In this document: in pieces, positions 17,005 through 29,000 of the stretch
Position numbering within the stretch: position 1 is the stretch's first letter
Layout: each line of letters starts with the position of its first letter
Source: an uncultured Hyphobacterium sp.
GTDB lineage: Bacteria > Bacteroidota > Bacteroidia > Cytophagales > CCMP332
DNA length: 32,000 nt
NCBI GenBank assembly: GCA_964351965.1
Contig: CAYGPM010000001.1
Span: 605,912 to 637,911, forward strand
Direction: 5' to 3'
The notes under the pieces: generated by a model
Seen by the model: the letters and a program-made list of their open reading frames with translations, nothing else
Databases searched by the model: none
Told to the model about the DNA's origin: nothing
Made by a program: the position numbers and the translations under genes

Positions 17005-20000
17005 TGTTCACTTCTTTCAGGAAATACAACCGAGGATTTTCAAACATCTGGAGTTTGTGGACCAACGACGGTAACTTGGACAATTACTTATGATTTTATT
17101 GCACCTGTTGATCCTAGTTTAACATATATTCGGTTTAATTGGAACGACCCAGGTACAAATAGAACAACTCTTTTAGCCACACCTTCGGCAGGAAACACAA
17201 AATTTACAGCTACTGCTTCATTTACCTATCCAGTAGGTGGAAATTGTATATATGAACCAATAGTAGTTCTAAGTTATGATCAGGACATGGATGGAAATTT
17301 GAATAATAGTACGTGCTTTTCATCTGCAATTCAAAAAACAGTTTCTTCTTGGCAGGATGACAATTCCAATGGAGGTATTTTAGCCATAAACCCTTTGAAT
17401 CAACCAGTATGTTATGAAGATTCTACTGTTGCTTTTCAGTTTCAAGATGCAACATTTCCGAACTGTGATGTTTCTGTTGAGCCAGACAGGCCAAATCAAT
17501 TAACAAGATGGGTTCAGTTTATTTATGGAACAGGTGCTGGCCCTCACATTCCAAATATTTCTATTGATACTGGTGGGGGAACAGTGATTTTAACTGATGC
17601 AGTAGGAAACCTAACTGCAGCAGCTCCCTTTGCGGGCCCGATTATTGAAATTCCACCCATAGTTTTACAAGCGAACCTTAATGAGTTAACATATCCAATT
17701 GACCATCCGGTCGCAGGAGTTGGAAACATAGGTGATGTTTTTGAAATTACACTACGGAATTGGAATACATGTAACCCTTATGACACATTACTATTTGATG
17801 CTTTACCTCCAACCGATCCTGTAAATGGAGACTTTCCTTCAATTACAACTACTGCACAACTAGAAATAATCGGCCCAACAGTCCCTACCGCTGGTCCAGA
17901 CCAAGGGGTGTGTGGTAATTCAACAAATTTAGCTGGAAATGTTATCGCCAATGGCGTCGGTCAATGGAATCAAATAGGTGGAACTCTTGGAGGTATTAAT
18001 ATTACGAACCCGATTAATCCAACCACTGCTGTAAACGTTGTTGGTTCAAATTTTGGCACTTATTTACTTGAATGGAGCTCTACCTTGGGAGCGTGTGCTT
18101 CCGGAAGAGATACTGTTGAAATTACTTTTTTCGAGCCACCTTCAGCATCAAATGCCGGGCCGCCACAAACTATATGCGGAAATTCCACGACTTTGGCAGG
18201 TAATAATCCTGCTGTTGGAACGGGAGAATGGTTTTTTGTAAGTGGTCCGGCAGGATTCACAATTTCCAACCCATTAAGCAGAACTTCTGCATTTTCCTCA
18301 ACAGCCTTTGGTACTTATGTTTTAGAATGGAGAATTGAAAACGGGGTATGCCCTGATGAAGTGGACCAGGTTACAATTGTTTTTGAAGAGGCGGCCAATG
18401 CTGCTGATGCCGGACTAGATGATACCACTGCCTGCAATTTCTTGTCATATACTTTGCAAGGAAATGCAGCAACTACACCTGGGACTACAGGTACCTGGTC
18501 ATTGGTGAATGGACCTGGGACAATTGTAAGTTTTGCTCCTAATGCAAACGATCCAAATGCAGTTGTTACATTTTCGAATTACACAACCGGAACACAGAGA
18601 TATCGATTGAGATGGAGAATTTCATCTGGGACGGGAATCTGTCCAAATGAAGATGACTTTGTAAACATTAGAGCATTTGAAACACCCACAACAGCTACCA
18701 CAGGAGGTCCTATTACCCTTTGCGGTTTGACTACTACATTAAATGGTAATGCAGCGGCTGTGGGCCAAGGAACTTGGTCACAAACGAGTGGTCCCGGCAC
18801 AAGTGTATTCGTCAATGAAAATAACCCTACAACCGATGTGACTGTAAGCGTTGCAGGTACTTATGATTTTGAATGGTCGATTGAAAATGGAAATTGTCCT
18901 CCCTCAACTGCAACAACGACTGTAACATTTGCTCCACCTCCTACAACACCTGACGCAGGTGCTGATGATTCAGTTTGTGCCGTTGCGACTTATAATCTTT
19001 CCGGTAACACTATTACTTTAGGAACCGGTACCTGGCAACAAATTGGTGGCCCTGCCATTGTTGGTGGGTTTACTCCGAATGCAAATGATCCAAATGCACA
19101 ATTTACTTTTTCAACAGAAGGTATTTATATTTTTGAATGGAGCTCTTTCCTTAATGCTTCATGCCCTACTTTAAGAGATACTGTTGAAATTACCTTATTT
19201 AACTCTCCTACAAATGCGGTGGTTGATTTACCAAACCCAATCACAACTTGTGCTTTGAACAATATTCCAATTAGCGCCAACACTGGTGCTAATGTGATTA
19301 CAAGTGGATTTGGAAGATGGTTTCAATCTTCAGGTCCAGCAACGCTAACAATAACAGACTCCTTAGATAATACAACGACAGTTACAGCTCCTGTATCAGG
19401 CGTTTACACTATAACTTGGGAAGTTTCGAACGGCCCATGTTCTCCTCCATCTACAGATGTTTTGACTTTAAATCTTTCTTCACCAAGCCCATCCATCCCT
19501 GGAGCTGATGATACAGTTTGTGCTGATAATTATACACTAAGTGCTAATACTCCTGCAATTGGAACCGGCGCATGGTCTGTTGGAACGCAACCTCCCGGTG
19601 GTACATTCACCATATTACCTGCCGGAGACCCGAATGCTACATTTACAATTACAAATGGTATTTATGGTGCTTATACTTTGATTTGGACAATCTCAAATCC
19701 CGGCTGTCCTGATGAGGTAGATAGCTTAACAATTAGATTAGATGAAAACCCAAGCCCGGCAAGCGTTATTCCTGATTTTCAAATATGTGCGGATACCGCT
19801 ACTTTGGGAGCTGTAACACCAACAGTGGGAAGTGGTCAATGGCAGCTAATTTCCGGAGCCGGTCCTGTAAGTTTCAATCCAAATTCAGCTAATCCGAATG
19901 CAGTTGTTACTATACCTCCGGTTTCAAACACAGCTGTGTATGATTTTGAATGGACTACATCAAATGGCGTTTGTCCGGATTTATCTGATGTTCTTCAAGT

Positions 20001-23000
20001 TACGTTTCATGAAATTTCAACAACGCCTGCTGCAGGTGGAGATTTTGAAGTTTGTAATACCTCTACAAATTTGGCAGGAAATGCTATTACAGTAGGTACA
20101 GGACAGTGGAACCCATTACCTTTATTAAGCACAGGTCCTATTACCATAACAACACCAAGTTCGCCAACGACTAATGTCACTATCCCTGGTTTTGTAAATG
20201 ATTCCGATACCTTCTTCCTTGAATGGACGTCTCAAAATGGCAATTGCGTCACGCTTAGAGATACTGTTAGAGTAATTTTCCATGACGACCCAACTGTTTC
20301 AGCTGCGGGTTCTGATATTGATATCTGTGCCGATACTGCACAATTAAATGCAAATATTCCGGTGGTAGGAAATGGACAATGGATTATTGCTTCAGGTTCT
20401 GCAACATTAGATAATAACACTGATCCTACTACTATTGTTAGAGCTAATCCGTTTGGAGGCGATTCATCGATTGTAGTTTTAACTTGGAGAATTAGCAATG
20501 GCAATTGTGCACCATCTAACAATAATGTTCAGGTCGTATTCTATAAAGATCCTACAGTAGCAGCTGCCGGCGCTGATGATTCTGTTTGTGCTTTAACTTA
20601 TACTTTAGATGGAAATTTTGATGCAATCGGAAAGGGAGATTGGAATCAAGTCTCCGGACCGGGAACTTCTGCATTTGTAAATCAAACACTGTTTAATACT
20701 GATGTAACGGTTACACAATACGGAACTTATTTATTTGAATGGACCAATGCGAATGGCGCTTGTCAAACCACAAGAGATACTGTTCAAATCAGATTTGATG
20801 AGTTCCCTTCATCAGCTTTTGCTGGAGTAGATGACACAGTTTGTGATGTCACTACAATATTAGCTGGTAATAATCCTGCAGTAGGAAATGGTGTTTGGAC
20901 TGTTACTTCTGCACCTTCCGGAACTGCAGTGGCTACTTTTGTTGATAGTTCTTTATTTAATACAAGTGTTACAGTAAACGAGGTTGGAGCATACACTTTC
21001 CAATGGACTATTTCAAATGGTACCTGTGCAGACTCAAGTGATCAAGTGATAATCATATTTGCATCTTCAAATTCAAATACAGGAATCGCCGGGGATACCT
21101 CACTTTGTGTGAACGAGAATAATAAAGTATATACTGTACCATTTGTTGCGGGAACGACTTACGAATGGTTTATACCTGCTGGTATAACTGTACAGTTTGG
21201 AGGAGGAATAAATGACAATTTTGTAGTCCTTACCTACCCAACTGCCGGACCATTTGAATTAAAAGTATTACCAACAAACAGTTTTGGTTGTGCTTCAGAT
21301 ACTCAAACTACTGATGTTGTTGTTTATGACTTTCCAACGAGAGACGCCGGGCCTGACTGGGCAATATGTAGCGGTGATACAGCATTTTTGGGTGGAACTC
21401 CTACAGCTACAGGAGGTTCAGGATTTTATAATTATTCTTGGTCGCCGACTAGCGGATTGGACGATGCAAGCATTGCTAATCCAATAGCAACACCGATCTT
21501 CTCTAGAACATATTTCTTAACTGTTACTGATTCGCTTGCGGGCTGTGCTTCTATTATCGATACGGTCAATGTCACTGTTAATCCTAGTCCATCTTCTAAT
21601 TTGCTTGGACTTACACCTTTTATTTGTGAGGAGGACACAGGAATTTTACAAATATTCTTCAATACAGGTACAGGACCGTTTTCCGTAGGAATAAGCAACG
21701 GTGTTGATACCACCATTTATCCTAGCTTGACTACAGGAGATAGTATTCTTGTAACGCCGGATTCTACTCTTACCTATCGCGTTGTTTATTTACTTGACTC
21801 TGCTACCCTGTGTACAGGAACATCATTTTCAGGAGCTCCAATTATTAATGTAAGACCACTTCCAAATGCAGTTTTGACCAGTCTTGATACTGTCATTTGC
21901 GAAGGCGATGCGGCTAATCTTAACTTAAATATTTCCGGACCTACTCCACAAATTTATACGGTAGAATATGCCATAAATGGGAGAGATACAACGATAGTCA
22001 ATCTTTCAGGATCATCAACAGTTATTACAGTTTTCCCAGACAGCTCTTCAGAATATACTTTGATTTCCGTAACGGATAATTTTAGAGGCTGCCGTGTTGA
22101 TGCACCTTCGGTGAGATTTACGGACAGTGTATTTATTCAAGTTGATTCATTACCTAGAGCAAATCTGGTAGGTGCCGATACAATTTGCGTTGGAGATTCT
22201 GCTGCGTTAGTTGTGAATTTACCAACCGGAGACGGGCCATTTGATTTAACAATCCAAGGATTGGGCGTCGTAAATAATTATAATAGTGGTGATACCATTT
22301 GGGTAAAACCAACAAGTACCAGAAACTATATAATTACTCAGGCTGCTGATACAAATGGATGTACTACAACATCGACTACACTATTAACTGGAAATGCTCT
22401 TATAGTTGTAAATCCTCTTCCTGTAGCAAACCTAATTGGAACAAATACAATTTGTATTGGCGATAGTACACCACTTCAAATAAATGTTACCACAGGAACT
22501 AGTCCATTTGAAGTTGTATTAAGCAATGGAGATACTATTAATCCATATAATAATGGAGATCAGTATTTTGTGAGCCCATTAGTTACAACTACATATTCTT
22601 TGGTTTCAGTTCTTGACACAAATGGCTGTTATACTTCAGCACCTTCATCCAGTTTAACGGGAACTCCACAAGTTACTGTTAATCCTTTGCCTACTGCTCA
22701 GGTAGCTTCAGATGACACAATATGTTTTGGAGATAATGTCATTCTCACCTTCAGTTTTACAGGAGCAGCTCCTTATACTTTTACCTTCAGAGATAACTCA
22801 AGAAATGTCGATAGCACTTTGACAACTACTGGTGCTTTGACCTCAAGAAATGTAACGGTGAGCCCGGATACAACAACCCTTTATACCTTAGTAAGTGTTC
22901 AGGGAGCGAATGGATGTATTGACAGCATCAATAATCCAAATAGCCCAACCTTCGGAGATACCGTAGAAATTGTAGTCGACAGTTTACCGGTAGCCACAAT

Positions 23001-26000
23001 CGTAGCAGATCTTCCAACAGATACGATTTGCAATGGAGACTTGGCTTATTTATTTGTGAATGTATCTACGGGTCCAGGTCCTTATACGATTACAGTCAAT
23101 AATGGCGTAGGAACGATCAACAATTACAACAGCGGAGATACCATCACAGTATCACCATCAGTAACTACAGAATATCAGATCACAAGTTTATTGGATCAAA
23201 ATGGATGTAGCGTGAGCTTCGGTCATCCGAATATCAATGACACAGCAAGAATTGTTGTTAATCCATTACCGGTTGCGAACTTAACAGGAACGGCGACGAT
23301 CTGTCTTGGCGATACCACACCTTTAAGTGTAGCTATTGCTCCTGGAACGGGACCATTTAGTGTAGTTATAAATGATGGAACTACTAATGATACTATTAAT
23401 AGCTATGTAAGCGGAACCAATATTCCGGTAGCCCCAATTGTAACAACGACCTATAGTTTGGTTTCTGTTCTGGATAGCTTCGGATGTTATACGACTATTC
23501 CAAGTGCGAACTTAACGGGTACACCTCAGGTAACTGTTAACCCATTACCAACAGCACAAATCACACAGGATGATACAATCTGTTTCGGAGATAATGTAAC
23601 ACTGAACTTCAGCTTTACAGGAACAGCTCCATTCATAGTTATTTACAAAGACAATAGCACAGGCATAAATGATACAGTTACTACAACTGGATTATCAACA
23701 TCTGCAACAGCAGTAGTAAGTCCTGACACAACAACGCTTTACAGTTTAGTAAGTGTGCAAGGTGCTAATGGTTGTATTGATAGCATTAACAATCCTATTA
23801 ATCCAACTTTCGGAGATACGGTTGAAATCGTAGTAGACAGTTTACCGGTAGCAACGATTGTAGCAGATCTTCCAACAGATACGATTTGCAATGGAGACTT
23901 GGCTTATTTATTTGTGAATGTATCTACGGGTCCAGGTCCTTATACGATTACAGTCAATAATGGCGTAGGAACGATCAACAATTACAACAGCGGAGATACC
24001 ATCACAGTATCACCATCAGTAACTACAGAATATCAGATCACAAGTTTATTGGATCAAAATGGATGTAGCGTGAGCTTCGGTCATCCGAATATCAATGACA
24101 CAGCAAGAATTGTTGTTAATCCATTACCGGTTGCGAACTTAACAGGAACGGCGACGATCTGTCTTGGCGATACCACACCTTTAAGTGTAGCTATTGCTCC
24201 TGGAACGGGACCATTTAGTGTAGTTATAAATGATGGAACTACTAATGATACTATTAATAGCTATGTAAGCGGAACCAATATTCCGGTAGCCCCAATTGTA
24301 ACAACGACCTATAGTTTGGTTTCTGTTCTGGATAGCTTCGGATGTTATACGACTATTCCAAGTGCGAACTTAACGGGTACACCTCAGGTAACTGTTAACC
24401 CATTACCAACAGCACAAATCACACAGGATGATACAATCTGTTTCGGAGATAATGTAACACTGAACTTCAGCTTTACAGGAACAGCTCCATTCATAGCTAT
24501 TTACAAAGACAATACAACAGGCATAAATGATACAGTAACTACAACTGGATTATCAACATCTGCAACGGCAGTAGTAAGTCCTGATACAACGACGCTTTAC
24601 AGTCTAGTAAGTGTGCAAGGTGCTAACGGTTGTATCGATAGTGTCAATAATCCTATTAATATCACTTTCGGAGATACAGTTGAAATTGTAGTCGACAGTT
24701 TACCTGTAGCCACAATCGTAGCAGATCTTCCAACAGATACGATTTGTAATGGAGACTTGGCTTATTTATTTGTGAATGTATCTACGGGTCCTGGTCCTTA
24801 TACCATTACAGTCAATAATGGCGTAGGAACGATCAACAATTACAACAGCGGAGATACCATCACAGTATCACCATCAGTAACTACAGAATATCAGATCACA
24901 AGTTTATTGGATCAAAATGGATGTAGCGTGAGCTTCGGTCATCCGAATATCAATGACACAGCAAGAATTGTTGTTAATCCATTACCGGTTGCGAACTTAA
25001 CAGGAACGGCGACGATCTGTCTTGGCGATACCACACCTTTAAGTGTAGCTATTGCTCCTGGAACGGGACCATTTAGTGTAGTTATAAATGATGGAACTAC
25101 TAATGATACTATTAATAGCTATGTAAGCGGAACCAATATTCCGGTAGCCCCAATTGTAACAACGACCTATAGTTTGGTTTCTGTTCTGGATAGCTTCGGA
25201 TGTTATACGACTATTCCAAGTGCGAACTTAACGGGTACACCTCAGGTAACTGTTAACCCATTACCAACAGCACAAATCACACAGGATGATACAATCTGTT
25301 TCGGAGATAATGTAACACTGAACTTCAGCTTTACAGGAACAGCTCCATTCATAGTTATTTACAAAGACAATAGCACAGGCATAAATGATACAGTTACTAC
25401 AACTGGATTATCAACATCTGCAACAGCAGTAGTAAGTCCTGACACAACAACGCTTTACAGTTTAGTAAGTGTGCAAGGTGCTAATGGTTGTATTGATAGC
25501 ATTAACAATCCTATTAATCCAACTTTCGGAGATACGGTTGAAATCGTAGTAGACAGTTTACCGGTAGCAACGATTGTAGCAGATCTTCCAACAGACACAA
25601 TTTGTAATGGGGATTTGGCTTATCTATTTGTGAATGTTTCAACAGGCCCCGGACCTTATGATATAACCATAAATAATGGAGTTGGTACAATAAACAATTA
25701 TGTCAGCGGAGATACAATTACAGTATCGCCATCCGTAACTACTGCATATCAAATCACTAGCTTATTAGATCAAAATGGATGTAGCGTGAGCTTCGGTCAT
25801 CCGAATATTGATGATACAGCAACTATAGTTGTTAATCCATTACCAAGTGTTACTTTAAGCATCGATACTAACAGAATTTGTTTTGGTGATACGACTAACC
25901 TTCGAGTTGCACTTAATGTAGGAACAGGACCGCTAGAGTTTGTAGTGAACCCGAATGTAAATGACACAATCAGAAACTTTGATCCTTTAACTGATTTTGT

Positions 26001-29000
26001 ACCGGTTTCACCAAATGCGACTACTACTTATAGTATAAACTATGTCATTGACGCAAATGGATGCCAATCTGTAGCGCCAAGTGCCAATATTACAGGTAAT
26101 CCTCAGTTGAATATCAACCCACTACCTACTTTGCAAATTTCTGATTCGACTACAATTTGTTTAGAGGATCAAGTTGTCTTGACATTTAGCATGTCCGGCT
26201 CAGCACCTTATACATTTACGTATCGCGACGAATTAACTGGAACAGATTCTACTATTACTACTGTCGGTGGGCTAACTACGAGAACAGTTACAGAATTTCC
26301 ATTGGACACAACCATGTATACTTTAGTAAGCATCACCGATGCGCAAGGTTGTACTGATAGTATTAATAACGCTCCAATAAATCCAAACTTTGGAGACACT
26401 ATTGTAGTGAATGTTAACCCTCTTCCAATTACAACTTTAACAGTAGTTGAGCCTACTGATACAATTTGCTTTGGTGACAATGCTTTATTTATCGTAGATG
26501 TTACCAATCTTGGAGATGCTCCCGGTCCTTATAATTTAGAGATTAGCGGTGGGGTAGGTATAATAAATAATTATACCAGCGGCGACACAATTGTGTTTGC
26601 ACCGAATACCACAAGCAATTACAATATTGTTTCATTGACAGATGCAAATGGTTGTTCAGTTCTGGCCGGTCATCCAAATTTACCTGATACTGTGCGAGTT
26701 GTTGTTAAACCACTTCCTGTAGTTGAGTTGCTATTGGACGATAATGAAATTTGTCTTGGAGATTCTGCAAGATTGTACTGGAGAGTACCAGTTGGAAGTC
26801 CTCGATTTGACTTTGTTCTAAACACTGATCCAAATGATACCATCCAATCTGTTACTGTTGGAGATTCTATTTGGGTAAGCCCAACGGATACTACTACCTA
26901 TAGTATTATTTACTTCAGCGATTCATTTGGTTGTACTGTTACAGCACCAAGCTCAAATATTTCAGGAACACCAACGCTAATTGTAAATCCTTTACCGGAT
27001 GCAAGCATTTCAATAAATAAGGATACGGTTTGTTTTGGAGAGTTGACAACAATTACTTTCAACTTAACCGGACCGAATAGTCCTTATACATATCAAATTG
27101 ATACTACCGGAAATATTCTAACAGGATTTAATACTATTGATGGTTCTACAAGATCATTTGTACTTGGTATTGGAGATCATGATTTTAAATTAATAGAAGC
27201 AATTGATGCCAAGGGTTGTGTGGCTAATATCGCTCCTGCCGATTCCTTGGTTGAAGTATTTGTTCATGAATTACCAACCGCCTCAATTAGTGGAGACACT
27301 AGCGTATGTGATCTTGAACCATTCGTATTGAATTTCAACTTAACCGGAAATGATCCGCTGAATGTTTATTTCACAGATGGTACAAATAATTATGTGAGAC
27401 AATTAACTGCACCAACCGATACTGCAATAATTTCATTACCGGCTTCAGTGAATCCTTACTTCTTCCAGATTGACTCTGTTGTGGATAGCAATTCACCTGA
27501 AAGCTGTAGAGCTACAGATATCACAGGATTAGTAACTGTTCAGGTATTTGACAGACCACAAATTGAGATTAACTCCTTTGACACGACAATCTGTGATGGT
27601 GACCAAGCAATATTATCATTTGATATTTCAGGAGGAAGAGCGCCATTTGAAGTAGATCTTTCCGTGGACGGAACAACAGTCGATACAACTTTATTAAATA
27701 TCGCTGATGGATCTATTTATCTGGTAAGGCCAAATGACACCACTACTTACACAATTTTAGAAATAAGAGAATCTGTTACAACAGAAGCATGTGTTGGTAC
27801 AATTGGAATAAAATCGAGTTTCACTGTAAATGTAAATCCATTGCCAACGGCTAACTTGACTCTTGTGGGTCAAGATACCAAGTGTTTTGGTGATAGTATT
27901 ACAGTCAACATCCAATTCACCGGACAAGCACCTTATAATTTATCATTATTGACAAATTATGCAGGTCCTATTACTATGAACGGAATTCAAACAAACGATA
28001 CAACATTTAACGTATCGAGCAGTTTCCCTGGTTTTGGTAATACAATTTCTCTATTTACTTTAAGTGATGGTCATACACCGACTTGTTCTGTAATTCAAGG
28101 TGATCCACAACTTACGGGAGGTGTAACATTCAACCTTAATGATTTACCTACGGCCAGTTTAAATCCGCTTGGATTGACATCTATTTGTAGAGGTGATTCA
28201 GCAAATCTATTAGTTGTAGTCTCACAAGGTGATTTACCATATACTGTATATATTTCTGACGGAAGTACAAACTATGTAGACTCTCTACTTATTACCACGG
28301 GTAATACGGGTACTATTGCTGTAGGACCTCAAAATACAAGTACTTTCCAAATTGACTCTGTAAGAGACGGTAGCTTACCAGATAACTGTAGAGCACAAAG
28401 TATAAATGGTTCGGTACAAATTTCTGTTGAAGATAGACCTACAGTAAGTATTTCAGGAATAGATACAATTTGCTCCTTTCAAAACAGTCAATTCCAGATT
28501 CAAACTGGCGGAACCGGTCCTTGGTTAGTAACTTATACTAATGGTACAGATACTCTACCAACATTTGTATCGAGTAGCCCGCAAACGGTAACGTTATTTA
28601 ATCCACCGGTTGGCTTGAATGTCTATTCAATCGTTTCTATTTCAGATAATGGAACAGTGCCTTCTTGTCCTGCAGACTCTTTGACTTCAGATACAGCATA
28701 TGTATTTGTTAACGACTTACCGACGGCAAATCTTACAGGTGATACCACGATTTGTAATGGTGATCCTTTACCGGTTTATCTAAACTTTGGTGTAACCAGT
28801 GGACCATTTGATGTTACCATTACCGATGGAACCAATAACTATAATTTCACAGGATTAAGTCAACAGGATACAGTATTGATTCCATATCCGGGACCAGGGT
28901 TCTTCATATACAGGTTCGCAACAGTAAGAGATGATAATACGAATTGTGAGCCTTTAGTGACCACCGGACAAGCGATAGTTCAGGTAAGAGAAATACCAAC

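Noticed and set aside
22981-25595. Whether the 858-bp repeats could be a CRISPR array, IS copies or a collapsed or duplicated assembly artefact outside a gene.
   Set aside because: The units are contiguous with no spacers, exactly in frame (286 codons), and encode the same domain type as the diverged flanking sequence. The differences I read by eye are synonymous, apart from four amino-acid changes in the tail of unit 2. No transposase or terminal inverted repeats are present. Assembly error in copy number remains possible and is raised as a finding.
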